DNA of 64,000 nt from NCBI GenBank assembly GCA_003971905.1, contig RSEE01000057.1:372001-436000 (forward strand), read 5' to 3'. This DNA comes from Moniliella sp. 'wahieum' (lineage: Eukaryota). Made by a program: the position numbers and the translations under genes. The notes under the pieces are model-generated. The model was not told the DNA's origin. It did not search any database and saw only the letters and a program-made list of their open reading frames with translations. How positions within the stretch are numbered: the stretch's first letter is position 1; each line of letters opens with the position of its first letter. Positions 11,841 through 25,641 of this stretch are shown piece by piece.

Positions 11841-14800
11841 GACGGTGGCGAGGTGGGAGGACCGGGGAGGGGGGTGGTGGTGGTGGGAGAAGAGAAGAGG
11901 GGCACCCCGACGGCGGGAGATGGGAAGGCCAGGGCGCTCCAATAGCGCTCGCCCTATCCATCTCGCGGTGGGCATAATGCCGCTGTGTGCCGTAGCTGCT
12001 GCTGCTGCCTGCCGCTGCACTGCTCGGGACTCCGTACACCGCCCAGCACACACTCGGCAGGCGCTGCTGCTCCCCAGCAAACGCCGAGCGGCGCTGGCCG
12101 GCAGGCGGCTGCGGCAGGCTGCGCGCTGCTCTGAATCTGACATCTGACGCGTGATGTGACGAGCACAAGGCACACCAGTGGCACACCCCTGCGCTGCCGC
12201 CTGCCGCCCTCCGGCATTCGCTGCGTGGTGCACCCGGTGCGCCCGCCTCCGATCCGCCGATCCCAGCAGCACCGCGCCAGTGTATCCGCCCCCTCCGCCC
12301 TGCACGGGGTGGGTGGGTCCTTCGATATAGACGCACAGAATCACTAGTCATCTTCGCACTCATCGCAAGCCCCATCCGCTCTGCTCCGCCCGGGGTCGCA
12401 TGGCTGGGGACACGGAACGCAACATAAAATACACACTGCTCCCCCGCCTGGCGCCCGAGCAGGAACATTTGAACCTCCAAATTAGGGCTGAAGCGCTGAA
12501 GATCTTGAGAGCGTGATTAATGATTGTCGTGAGCGTGATTAACGTGATTGAATATTGAATTGACAAGCTAGTCACTCTAGTCACTGTGATACGCGAACGC
12601 GATGCATGTGTGACGGGCTCGTCATGCAACGCGTGGCTGTCACGTGCCATGTGCTCTGCCTTGCGCAGCAGGCTGCTAAGCTTAGCGCTAAAAACGCTAA
12701 AAGAGTGCGAAGCGCTGGTATAAGCGCTAAGCGCTGAGGAGGGCTGAGGCGCTGAGGCCTGAGGGCGCTGAGGAGCTGAGGCACAGTAAAGCGGCCTACT
12801 GCGATCCAGTACTCAGTACTATGCCGCGTCGCTGGCCGCCACCCGTAATCTGGCCGCCCTGCCGTGTCGCTGCTATGGCTGCAGAGCATGTCACATGTCA
12901 TGTCAGTACGACTGATGCTTCCCGTTGCTCGAAGGTAGCGTTTGTACACAGCCTCCAACTTGAACAGCTTGAACACGCGACGCTGCATCCCCACAGCGCC
13001 GGTCTCGGCAAGAGCTTAGGTAGTAGGTGATGTGTGTAGCATGCTTCAGCAGCTTCGGCTTGGAGCAGCTTCAAGCTCTTCAAGGTTCATACACATCCTG
13101 CGTCCCGTTGCAGTATTCTCACACACACTCGCGCCAGTTGGTACCTCAGCGCCTCAGCTAGCATTCCTGCGTTCAGGCCGAGCGAGCGATCTTCGGTTCC
13201 CGGCTTGCGAAGGCCAGCAATCAGTGTGGCCTTCTGTGGCGTGGGTGGATGCTTGCATCACATGCATCACATGCATCATGCATCACCGGCACCCAGCCTC
13301 GGGCATCGATCACCATGCACATCATGCATCATGCATCATGATCGATGCATGGCACCTCTCTTCTGCTGCGCCCTTCGGTCTTTTGCGCCTCGCTAGGCGT
13401 CGCTCCTGCTTTCCATGCCACTGCGCCAGAGCCAGCGCGAACAGCTCGCGGACCAACCCCAAGCTGAGGTATGTAGATGTGTATTTGGGCGTTGGGGCGC
13501 TTAGGCTCCCCTTCCCACGCGTGTCCCGCCACGCGAGGCCGCACGTGACGCCCAATCCATGAGAAAAGAGTGTGGTGTCGCATGCCACGGTCCTCTCTTC
13601 TGCCCAACAGCAGTGGGCAGACCCACTCTCTATGCTTCGTGGATCCTATTGCCCTCTCAAGACTCCCAGCTCCCTTGGGCCTCCCTCCGCTTTTGTCCTC
13701 ACCGTCTCGTCTGTCCTTGCATTTTGCTCCGGTAGAGAGAAAGAAAAACAAGTGAAAGATTCCGATCCCAGTATTGAGCTGCTCCCACATATCCAGTGTA
13801 TATCGTAGTGTAGTCATGCTCTGGGGGGGTCGGCGCTCCACCTACGTTCCTTCTCAAAAAAATTTCCTTTCTTGCCTTGCTTGCGGCCCTCTGAATTAAG
13901 GGTCTCACACACATACCCACCCAGGCTGTGCTAGACCAACACAGTTCTCCACATCTTCCCTGACAGGCCTGACCCCTTTGTGTGTGTGCCTCTCTCTCAT
14001 CACACGTTGTTTAGCGTGTGGTTGCGTCTCCTTTTCCTCTGGTATGATAAAAGGCATCATTCAATTATGCGGCCTGAATGAATATCAACGTTCAACGACA
14101 TAATCCAAAGCAATACCCCCCTCTCACTCTCAGCGTTCCTCAAGTCGTTAGGCGACCCTGTGGCCAATAAGCGAGGTATGGGTTCAATTCACATTCGAGC
14201 GCTATGGTGAAATCCTCGTCATAGTTCTTCCTCCAATTAGCAATGTATCAGAGAAACAGGATCAGCAAAGTGTAGGGTGAGAAGATCGGCCTGCTTGTGC
14301 TCACAGGAGGACCGTGTTAACAGGCATCCAGGTCCGCGCCCCCATATCCTCCCCCATCTCGTCCCACTTTGGGGGTGATTATGGAATGGATACGTACTCC
14401 ATTTGGTAGTACTATTCTTGGATGATCGATGATGATCCGGCGTGTCCATCATCTCTCCGTTCTGCCTCGTCTTTGTACAAAGGCCATCTTCCGCGCCATC
14501 GGCACATCGTTTAAAGCCGCGGCATCACTTCAGTTACCGTGCCCTTTTGTCCTTACACGGTATATTATTCCGGGCAAGGCGGGATCCATCTGCCTGATGA
14601 AGCACCAATCAACTCATCTTATCGGCATCTCCGTTCAGTGAAAACTCATGACCAGCATTGGTGGCTATGGTGGCTATAACAATAAGACTGGACTATTATA
14701 GCTGAGTGTGTGCATGTGCACATATGATGTATCGTAGCATTTCCTTTTTGTTGTGAGCAAAGCAAAGAAGGAAGTAGCCAGACTACAGCCATGAGATGGG

Positions 14801-15003
14801 CACGGGTGCATGGGCACAAGAAGAGAGAGGGGGGGGGGGTCAGCAGAATGGGGCACCGCGTCCCACAATGTATGCTATATAGTGAGTGCCTAGTGTACGT
14901 GTGAACAGGGCCGGGAGGTGGTGCCAAATGGATTAACTCGGAAGCTGTAAAGAACCATCCTAATGGACTGTAAAATAGTATCTGGTGCCTTCATACCCTC
15001 CAT

Positions 15004-15681
15004 TCAATAGAATCGTCCTGTCAAAAATTCATTGGCAGGCACCACTTTAACGAGAGACTTCGTCTCCACAACCTGATCGCGCGTACATACGCGCCCCAGC
15101 TTGTCGAAAAAGTCGCACCAGGCGTCAATGTATCGTCCATTCAGTCACTCCTTTGTTTGATCAAAACTACACGCAATCGCTTCCACAAAAAAAGTCCAAT
15201 GTATTTCTCTATGAACGAATCGCTGGCACAGCCCTTACTTCTCAAAACAAATCGACCCTCTTCCACTCTGAGAGAAACACGAAGACAAGGTGTGAACCGC
15301 CAATTCGCATGACATATTCTCCTTTTGTTCGGGTGCGCCTCGTCCCCCAGCTCGCAAAGAACTGTGCGAGATGAAGAATTTATAGAGGGTGCGTATCGAC
15401 CACATTCTGTGCATTTGCCCATCGCCATGCAGAAATATAGGTGTACTGCGAAATGTTTTAGATCATATAGAAGAAAACAGGGTCAGGCCCGACGATCTCA
15501 TAGGGCCAACTACTGATGAGACTTGGGGTCGAGGGTGACGCTATCGCACTGGTGGTGGTTAGGATTAAGCCTGCCAGCAAAGCCTGTAGTGGAACTTGAC
15601 ATCAAGCAGCGAGCTGTCACCAAGGGCTAAGCTGCGGAACGAAGAAAACAGGAGAGAGAAAACAAGGAAACTTCTAGGCAT
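15004..15681 (-). CDS. Possible small secreted Cys-containing protein (effector-like); model uncertain
   Basis: ATG 15681 opens signal-peptide-like MPRSFLVFSLLFSSFRSLALG. An intron-like GTAGTT...CTGAC...CAG follows. Downstream segments read CMAMGKCTECGRY and GRYIDAWCDFFDKLGRVCTRD. Frameshifts are needed to join them. Confidence 0.35.
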
Positions 15682-17280
15682 GAGGAGAGGAACTGTCGGG
15701 GCGTTGGCCAAAGCACGAACTACTCTCGGCGCCTCAGCAGTCAACAAGCGTCACTCGCGTCACGTTGCCATTACAATACACAGGACTATGACCCCCACAA
15801 TTATATTCTCCCGAAGCACAGGCCAACATCCGCATGTGACCATTCTGAGTGAAGTCTTGTTAGTTAATGACGTAGCACTGCGAAAGCTTCTGGGCTAGGA
15901 GAGATAATGGACCGTCCAATCGCCTGCTCGACATAAGGATCATCCACAGAGGTTCAACATCGGGCGGCCCCACGAGAAGTTTGAGCGTTGACCTCTCCAT
16001 CGTTGCCAACTCTCACTAGCAGTTTTGGCATACAAACTTTTTTTAGATGTCTGTATCTAAACACAAAACCCTTTGGTATAATCGCGGGTCGTCGACGAGA
16101 CCTAGGCGCCACTTTGTGACGATGTAACTACTGCATTCATACTGTTTTCGAAATTCGCGACACGGACAGAAACGCTGGACCCATACTGGGTTAATTGCTC
16201 ATCCACACGGTGTATGTGCGTGTATCATTGTCCAACTCAATCGATAAGAAAAGCAAAAGTGGAGTCTCGTCAGACGGCCACAGAACACGCTCTGCCTCCC
16301 GCTATTGACTTCCACACTGGATGTAGCGCCAGGGGACACGAATGTGCGTGCGCGTAGTACTTGTGAACGATTCATCATATATTCATCCATCTGCAATGAG
16401 ACTCTTCGGCCACTCATCCTTCCAGCCTGCTCAACCATCTTCTTTTGTGGCCATCTTGCTGACAAACTGTTGGGACGCTAGTGCGGTGTCAAAAGCATAG
16501 CCGGACTCTGGCGCTCCAGAAGCCACTTCCATCCAGCAGCTAGCTCCCTTCGTTCCACTCGGGCGGAAGTCTATTAGCAGTTCGAGACGTGCCTCCTTCT
16601 TGAAGCTTCGGCAGTCTCGTCGTACCTTAGTCTTCCCTCTCTTCCACTCCCTCATCCTCCTCCCTCTCCGCTACTCTCTACTATCGCTCACCAGCAATCA
16701 ATCCCTATCGTCTGTTGACCTTCCTCGATTGTCGTTCACAACGGGGGTTGGAAGGGATCTATGATGGCTTACCGATTATTGCGTCATGCTTGCACGCCAG
16801 GCTCAGGACTGAGCCACTGAGCATCAGCCGCTACGGCTGGGGGAGGTGCTTACGTAACAGCGGCAATGTTGCAACTGCCTGGACTGCTGGCAAAGCCCAT
16901 GAACGAATCATCCATCGATCGAAGCGCAGGCCGGAGGGGTGGTATCGATCCAGCCTGGGGAACGGCGAAAACAGACGCAAGCATGGCGGGCGCTGTTTTC
17001 AGCACACACCCCATCTCTTGCGGCTGGTTGCTGGCCGACACGAGGCCAGCTACCGTCTTGCGGCCGCTGTGCGACTCAATGTTCGCGGGTGAATTCATTG
17101 CATGTGGGCTGCCCAGACTGACGTAGATGAAGAATTTGGGCCGGCGCCTGGTACGCAACACTGGCGCCGTGCCCATAAGGCAGAGGGCCAGTGTGCTTTT
17201 CTGTTTTTTTCCCCTGCGTTCGCGCTGCCGACGCTGGCGGGGCGCAACCGAAGCTGTATCTGCCCACCACCACCACCACC

Positions 17281-20200
17281 ATGCCCGCCTCTGCTCCCCG
17301 GCCCATGTCCATGTGGGCTGGCGAGCACCCCAGCCGCGATCGTGCTCATGCCGCTTCACTGAACGCCAGCGCCACCTCCAACACCGCCACCCCCGCCACC
17401 GGCGAGGGCTGCTCTCCAGCGTCTCCCGCCTTTTGCCCCGCCCCCTCAGTTGGTTCGCCCGCTCCCCTGCTCCCGGAGATTCTTCCAACGTAACTGCCGA
17501 CGGGGACTCGTATGCGGCCAACGCATCAGATCGGCTCGCCCCTCCCTCCCGTGCGTTGGCGCCCAGTCGCCGCCAGACGCCGCGCCTGCGCCAGCGGACC
17601 CCGGGCGCGCGTTCTCCACGCCCGCGATCCTCCGCTTCTCCTGCCATCTCTCCCCGCCAAGTCGCCTGCGCGTGCCTGGTTCATACGAGCCAAACGATGT
17701 GCTTTCTCCCCAAGTTGGCGCTCCTGCTTCGCCACATCTACTGCCCAGCCTGGCTGCCCGCCCCCCACACACCCAGTCGTCTGCGCCGCTCCTTTCTTGG
17801 TGACAACTCCATCACATTTGGCGCCTCGCCTGGGCTTCGCTTCCAGGGAGTCGCTCTAGCGGGCGACACTTCGCTTGCTCCCAGCACTGCGGCCGATGTC
17901 TCAATTTCCGTTTCCCGCCCCGCCGCATCCCCCAGCCCCCATCCAGCTTTGGGCAAGCACGTTCGCAACTGGATGAGTGCGGCGCCACCCTCCCTCCTTT
18001 CAGGTTCGGGCAACGTTTCGGTACGCGGCTCCTCTCCCACCCCAGTGCGAACGGTTACTGACTGATATCATCTTCAGCAGGTCGGAGACAACCCACGAAA
18101 ACGTCGGGCAGTCATGTGGGACCCGAAGGAAGGCTTCCTTACCCCTGACGAGCATGGGGCAGTCCACCCACCACGCCGGTGGCAAAGAACGAGGCCGAGA
18201 GATCTTGCTGGCCTTGGAGCAAATCCAGAAGGACGCTCGTCCTTCTCTCCCCCCCGCAAGTGGGGGACTGAACCGTCTTCTGGCCCCTGTCCCTGTGCCT
18301 ATTCCTGCGCCCGACCAGGTACGCAAGGCGACCACCTCGGGCCGCAACAGCATGGCCCCGTACACCCGTATGGCGGCTCAGCAGGCAGAGCAACGCAGTG
18401 GCGCTGCTCGTGTTCCCCACTCGCTCCGTTCTCGCATTCGGCAGCAAGCGGAGCGTTCCGCGCGGCGGCGCAACCAACCTCATAGTACTGCACCGACTGA
18501 GGCGGACGCTAGCTCTGCCTCCGCATCCGAGGCTGAGGAGCCAGAACAGGATGGTACCGCGAAACGTCATCGGTCCTCCCCTAAGGCCGCCCCGCCCGCT
18601 AAGCGGCGGGCCGTGGCCCCCATCAGTCCCGACAATGACGGTGATGCCACCGAGAACGGAGAAGCCGATGTGACGAACGAATTGAACGACACTACAGCAC
18701 AAGACGTGTTCAAGGTGGTGGAGAGGGGCGCGGAGGGTGCACGTTCAAACCGGACCCAATTGCGGAAAGATGGTGACCGTGCCAGTCGGAAGAGCGGCCA
18801 CGTGTCCGTTCGGCCTTCGCAACGTACCAAACCTGGGAATCGGATTCGAGTCGAAAGCGATTCAGACGAGGAGGCCGAGGTCGAAAAGGCAAAGACCATT
18901 AAAGCGATTCAATCGGTTTCCATTGCGCCCATCCATTTCCCAGCTGGGTTCAAGTTTGGCGCGGCACTCGGAACCAAGTCGGATGTGCGACCTCAGCCGG
19001 TCCGGCCCGGGACGGGCGCAGTTCGGCGTCCACAGCCGCCCAAGCCGAGCAAAATCTCCTTCAACTTGTCCCAGTCTCAATCTTCTCTCTCTGAGCCCCC
19101 CCAGTCGCAGTCGCAGTCGCAGTCCCAACCCCAGTCTCAGTTTCAGCCTTCTTCTCAATTGGCATTGCCGGCCCCTCCATCTGCTTCCACCCTGCCTCGT
19201 CAAAACCGGTTGAGCTTCAACCCACTGACATTCAAGAACCGCGGGAAGAGAGCAAGTCGTCTGGTCCCTCGCTCTTGTCGCGCATGGGAGGCCCTCCAGC
19301 TGCCTCTAGTGAACCAGCGAAGCCCTCCCCAGCCTTTCAACCGTTTTCCTTCGCCCCACCGCCAAGAAGGAGGAGGCAGGTGAGAAGAAGCCTTCTGAAC
19401 CAGCTACGACACAGGCGAAAGAAAACCCCCCATCTTTCTTTGGTATTGCTGCTGGAGACAAGAAGGATAGTACGGCTAAGCCTTCGTTCAACTTCGGCGC
19501 AGCCGCTGCCACTTCCTCTACTGTACCTGCCGATGCAAACAAGGCACCGGCTAAGCCCGCTTTTTCGTTTGCCACTACCGCTTCCGCCTCCACTCCTGCG
19601 GCGCTGAGACCAAACCTACCCCAACCTTTTCATTCGGTGCCAAGCCCACCGACAAGCCAGCAGAACCAGCCAAACCCTCGTTTGCCTTCGGAGCACCCAA
19701 GGTTTCTGAGGAGAAGAAGGATTCTCCGGCTCTTGCTCCTTCGCCTGCACCTATTGCCTTTGGCGTTCCGAAGACTACAGAAGAGAAGAAGAAAACCCTC
19801 CTGCCTTTGCATTCGGTCTTCCTAAGCCAACCGATGAGAAGCAGAACGCCCCCTCTCCCTTTTCGTTTGGCAATAAGCCATCAGACAAGCCAGCCGATGC
19901 GCCCAAGCCAGCCTTTGCCTTCGGCGCGCCCAAGCCGGTTGAGGAGAAGAAGGACACACCGAATCCCTTGTTTGGAAACGACAAGAAAGATTCCGCGGTA
20001 AGCTCTGCGTCCCCTTCCACCCAGCCAACCCCTGCCCCTGCCCCTGCATTTGGGGGCGCTACAAGCACGGGTCTGTCGAATGGGACTGGCTTTGGCTTTG
20101 GCTCGACTGCGTCCGTGCCCTTCGGACAAAAGCCTAGTGCGGCCCCGTCGGAACCAGCCAAGCCGTCGTTTTCCTTTGGTCCACCCAAGACGGAAGAGGA

Positions 20201-21282
20201 AAAACCTGCAGGCAACACCACCCCTGCGTTTAGCTTTGGGGGGATGCGGCCAAACCTGCCGCAGCCGCATCGCCATTCACCTTTGGCCAGTCTTCGGAGA
20301 ACAAGCCTGCTCAGAGTTCCGCGCTGCCTTCTCATTTGGTTCTGGTGCCTCTACTCCCGCGTCGACCGACCAGGGCAGTAAGCCTACCTTTGCCTTTGGA
20401 GCTACAAATGAGACTAGCACCAAACGGCAAGCTGACGACGACAGCGAGCCACCAAGTAAGAAGCCGTCCTTCTTTGGAGGTGCGACGGGTGGCTTGAATG
20501 CAGACAAGAGTGCCAAGCCGGCGTTTTCGTTTGGCGCAACAGGAAGTGACTCCAAGCCGGCCAATGGCTCAGCCACTTCTAGTCCGGCTCCCACGTTTGC
20601 GTTTGGTGCTCCCGCAGCGGCCCCACCTGCCTACGGGTGGGTTTGGTGGGTTTGGCTCTGGAACGGCTACGCCCACATTCAACATGGGCGCTGCTCCAAG
20701 CGCACCATCGGGGACCGGGACGGGGACGGGCGCGTTCACCTTTGGTGCACCCGCGCCTTCAGCTCCCGCTGGGGGAGAGGCCAAGATGGACGATGCAACC
20801 AGCACGGCACCCAGCACGGCACCCACCACTGGCTTCTCGTTTACAGGAACAACAGCAGCTCCTCCACCCCCCAATTCACGTTTGGTGCCCCGGCGGCCGG
20901 TAGTGGTACGTCGACCCCTGGGCGGGGACAGCGCCGACTTTTACATTTGGTGCGCCCTCAGCAGCCCCTGCGTTTACATTTGGTGGACCCGCAAGCGCAC
21001 CAGCGTCGTCCGCTGTCCCCAATGGCGGCGCTTCGGCCCCCTTTACCTTTGGTGCGTCCAATCCGACCCCTGCGTCAACCGCACCGGCACCATTCAGCTT
21101 TGGCGGCGCCGGGGGCGGAGGGAGCTGCTGCACCGAATGGTGGGATGATTTTGGCGGCGGTGGGCGGCGCCCGGCAGCACGGGCCAAACTTCAACATTGG
21201 TGCTGGGCCCACTGGTCGGCGCAGCACGCCTCCGGGCGGACGGAGGATCCGAGGTCTGCCTTCTCGCGCGCGGCGGGCGTAA
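17281..21282 (+). CDS. FxFG-repeat nuclear basket nucleoporin (Nup1/Nup124/Nup153-like); heavily frameshifted
   Basis: Many KPAFSFG/PSFSFG/FAFG/FTFG repeats at 19300-21100. The C-terminus FNIGAG...GRRIRGLPSRARRA* resembles the basic karyopherin-binding tail of Nup1/Nup153-type proteins. Confidence 0.85.
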
Positions 21283-21883
21283 GGGTGTTTGGTGTTGGTT
21301 CTACTGTTGTTGTCACCCCTTTCTGCCTCCCCTTGTATCTTCCCCTTCGTGGTGGACCCAAACGATTTTAATTCTTTGGTTTTGCCCCAGGCCTCACTGT
21401 TATTCGTTTGCTTTCAATTGGCGCCGAACTTGCAAAGCCGTTCAATAGCTTTAGAGAGAGGGGAGTGTCCAACGAACTTCGCCCATGGGCGCTAGAGGTA
21501 GTCGCGGAGTGGTTGATGTGCTTTTTTGATCTGGGGTCACATGCATCACAGGCCACAGTGAAAGAGAGGCGATAGGTCACCTGAAGCTTGAAGCACAACA
21601 GAGGAACCCGATAAAGATATTGTCCATCGTGGTGGGAGTGAGTTGCCTTGTAACCCAACTGCTCTCTCTGCGCAGACGTACACATCGTGTGCCATCCAGG
21701 CTAGGGGCCTGTGTACTGAGAAGACTATTATTTACAGCGCAGCTAGCGCTTAGCGCTTAGCCGTCGTCGTTCCCCACGGCGCACGACCTTTTTCTGGAGA
21801 CTATAGTAGAAGGGTGAATCGATGAAGGGAATAAGTTTTGCTTCTGTGAGTAGTAGAGATAGTGAGTAATGCCTGTATACTAG

Positions 21884-22236
21884 TGCTAGAGTGCGACTTG
21901 GGAGCACTCGCGATCCTATGGATCAGCTGCAAAGCAGCCTTCAGACAAGGCGTGAAGGCAAAGTGGTGAGCCACAAGTCTTCAAGCAACGTCTCATTGTG
22001 AGGAGCAACAGGTCAAGAAAGGAAGCAGAGGCGTACCTTCAGACAAGGCGTGAAGGCAAAGTGGTGAGCCACAAGTCTTCAAGCAACGTCTGAAGGGAAG
22101 GAGAAAGGAGAGAGAGAAGGGAGATGGAGCGAGCAGGGCGTGCGCGGCCTGCGAGCGGAACGCTTCCGCTCGGCTAGGCGAGCGTCACCGATCCATTGAG
22201 GGCCGTGCAGGAGAACCCTAGCAGTACCCTCTAACA
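21884..22236. mobile_element. Solo LTR of an LTR retrotransposon (353 bp) with 5-bp target-site duplication
   Basis: Starts TGCTAGAG and ends CTCTAACA (TG...CA, 7/8 inverted repeat). Flanked by ACTAG at 21879-21883 and 22237-22241. Contains a 56-bp direct repeat (21938-21993, 22036-22091). Confidence 0.8.
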
Positions 22237-23541
22237 ACTAGGTGTCAGCGGCACCGATCCCTATCAACATTGGCGCAGATGATGATGTGCGTGGGTTGCT
22301 GATATACCGCCGGAACGAGATGCCCAAGATATAGATTAGGGCCAACAGGGTTTGGAGGGAAGAGATCCGGGTGGCACCTGAACTGAAAATCTGTGATATT
22401 TTTACAACGGCGCGAGCGGAGCCAAGACCGGAGGTACGTATACAATAGCGAGCAAGTGCTGTATCGCTGGTGGCGCAATGATTAATGAGGCCCTGAGGCC
22501 CTGAGGGGGGCGGTGCCGGTGGGGCCTAAAAATCGAAGAAGGAAGAAGCAGACAAAGTGGATTCGCGATTCCAGTGGGGCGTTGGACTGGCGTTGTGGGA
22601 GGCTCGCATCCTCGAGAACCGATCATCGATCATCACAGAATTCGCGGATGCGGACGTGCAGGCAGTGCGCCCGTGCCGTTGAGATTGAACCCCGAGATTG
22701 GACCCGCTTAGGGTGCTGCTTCGTACTAGACAAGCAGGCAGCAGAGACTTGGGCGCAACGCCTTAAGCTTTCAGCCACACGCGTGACATCATGCATTGCA
22801 TCAACCACGTCAACACGTCCCGTTCAACCAGCTAATACTGTTGTCTAGTGAATATGCCAGGTAGTGCCTTTATTGGGATGTGTTTACACGCCCTCAGACG
22901 ACGGCTCACGCATCGTGTTTGTTCATCCTAATGTTTACGTTTTTACCGAGCATCGAATTATATGCCTTCCTGCGGGAATAGAAGTATGTAGTTTCCGTTG
23001 AGGTGGAGCGAAGGCCGGGACGAGTGTGTGCCTCCTTTCTTCCCCCACAGGACCACCAATGCATCCACACCAATTATCCCCCGTAAGCACAACTCCTCCC
23101 GTACGTTGATCTCCTGGGGGTCCGCTTCACCGGGGATCCACGGTAGCGTCGCCGTTGTCCTTCCCTGCCAGGATATATATTGGAGGGGCAACCCGCACCT
23201 TACTCCCCAAGCATATCATTTCGCTCCAAATTTGCTTTCACACCTCCCCACCACTGCCACAGTACATTCACCGGCATGCCCTTCCAGTGGATGCTCTCTC
23301 GCTTCCGACCCGGCACCAAGAACGATGCCAGTGGCTGTGAAGACGACTTCGCTCACCCACCTCCGCCTTTTGATCCGGTTGGCGTTTACCCCCTGGATAA
23401 CTTGGGCACCGTTTCTGAGCCATCCCATATGACTGTATCCCAACCTCAGTCTGGGGCCTTGCCCCACAATTTCCGTTTCTCATCAGCCTTCTGCGAGCAC
23501 CAACAGTGGCGCCAAACCATCCCTGACCACAAAGAGGACGT

Positions 23542-25641
23542 ATGGATGAAGTGAAAGAGCAACTCGAGGCCGAAAAGGCGTCCCAATGTGACAGTAGCTC
23601 CCATCACCCAATAGACGGAACATCCGCTTCGGCCTTATTGCTCAAGGATGTTACACTTTACCCCTCCACCACCATCCCAACACTCGCCCTCGACCGTGAA
23701 GCCAACCCAGTTGAACCAACCGGCCCTGTTGTTGCTGTACGACCGCAGCAGCAAAGCTGGAGCCATGCTGTCGACCAGTTTGCTGGACCAACTCAGGACT
23801 ATGGAGACATTCAAGGCGTTCATGGCGAAACCCGCGGTCTCATCTTTCGTGAGTTTGGCTTACGGGTGGGAATCAAGCCACGACAGTGTGTATCTCTTTC
23901 ACCTTTACGCCAAGAAGTCCCAGACACATCCTGACCCTTTTCACGTTTAGTGTGCAGATGATCGGCTTGAGTGGTGCCTGCGGCACCGGCATCTGGCTGA
24001 GCATGGGCCAATCCCTCGCCACCTCTGGGCCTCTTTTTCTCTTCTTGGCATACCTTACCACAGGCACTATCGTATCGTCCATGATGCTCAGTCTTGGTGA
24101 AGTGGCCACGCTGGCACCCACCACGGGTTCGTACATCGCTCATACCTTCATGTTTACGTCAAACAGTGCTGGCTTTGTCGCAGGTATCAATTCCGTGGCA
24201 GGCAATTGTTTGGCCTTAGCAAGTGAGATATGCGGGTGTGCTGTACTTGTCCAAGTACGTTCGTATATACCTCACAGTTTGCAGAGAGCAAACCAACTGA
24301 CCCCTTCTTGTCTCTGGCATATTCAGTACTGGACCGACATCTCCCCCGCCATCTTTATCACAATCTTCGGTGCCGCAATCGTCTTGACAAACATTGTCGG
24401 TGAGCACATGCCCCTCTTCCACTTGCATTTATTTGCTCGCTTCGTTTTTGCATATGGGGCCCTTTGCTGTTTTTTTACAGAACAAAAGCTGATTTTCCAT
24501 CTCTTTCCCCTTAGTTGTGCGTGCGTGGGCTGAAGTGGAGTTTATCGCTGGTCTATGCAAACTCCTACTCTTTACTGGGCTCATGATCTTGTCACTTTGC
24601 ATTGACCTTGGAAGTGGCCCAAAAGGAACGCGCCTTGGCTTTCATTACTGGCATGATCCAGGTCCGGTGGGCCAGTACCTCCTGGAAGGTGGGGCAGGTC
24701 GATTCTTTGCTTTCTTAACGGCTGTTTGTGGCTCAGTCTTTTCGTATGGTGGCGTGGAATCGATTAGCCTTGCTGCAGCTGAGACGGCTACACCGCGCCG
24801 GACAATGCGCAAAGCGACCAACCGAATCTTTGTCCGTGTCTTCGTCTTATACCTGTCCGTCGCATTGGCCACCGGCATGATCGCCAGTCGCACCGACCCT
24901 GCACTTCTAAACGCTACTGGAACTGCATCGCAAAGTCCTTTTGTGACCGCGGCTCGGCATGCAGGAATCAAGTCCTTGGGAGGTGTGATCAACGCTGCGG
25001 TTCTTATCTCTGCTTGGTCCACCGCGGACCAGACGGTTCTCAATGGTTCCCGATCGCTCCTCATGCTTGCGGCAGACGGTTTGGCACCCAAGGTCTTTCT
25101 GCGTGTCCACCGTTTTGGCGTACCATGGGTTGCCGTCTTATTCATCTGTAGCTGGATGTTGTTGTCTTACACCATTGTGTCTTCTTCCGCTACCCGGGTA
25201 TTCTCAATCCTAACCGACTTGGTGGGTGCCTCACTCCTGTGGACCTGGATTTTCATCTGCGTCAACTTTCTCAAGGTATATTATGGCCTTCGGGCTCAGA
25301 ATATCTCACGTTCTCAACTTCCTTGGGCCACGCCGTGCCAACCATTTTGTGCATGGTACGCGCTTACCGGCTGCGTCCTCCTCCTCCTTCTCGGTGGCTT
25401 CTCTATCTTCGTTCCAGGTCATTTTCAGGTGGACGACATGCTTTCTGCATATGCCTCCCCCGTCATCAATCTCGCTCTCTGGCTTGGGTACATGGTCTTG
25501 TGGAGCGGATGGGATTGGGTAAAACTGACAGAGGTACCTCTTCAGCCTTGGATCTTCCAATTCCAAACCGGAACTCCTGAGCCATGCGAGGCCCCACCCC
25601 GTTTCTGGCCGCTACGCCTTATTTCTTGGATCTGGATGTGA
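23542..25641 (+). CDS. Amino acid permease (APC superfamily, fungal YAT family)
   Basis: IKPRH/VQMIGLSGACGTGIW, WAEVEF, FSYGGVESISLAAAE, QSPFV and multiple TM segments. GT-AG introns at 23886-23950, 24255-24326 and 24400-24514. Confidence 0.93.

Noticed and set aside
16199..17100. Possible minus-strand gene divergent from the nucleoporin
   Set aside because: Only fragmentary protein-like stretches, no motif, and several unverifiable frameshifts would be needed.
21938..22091. Two 56-bp repeats with a 42-bp spacer read as a CRISPR array, or as a C/D snoRNA pair
   Set aside because: The context is eukaryotic, there are only two copies and no cas genes, and the C box is non-canonical. Both copies lie inside a TSD-flanked solo LTR.
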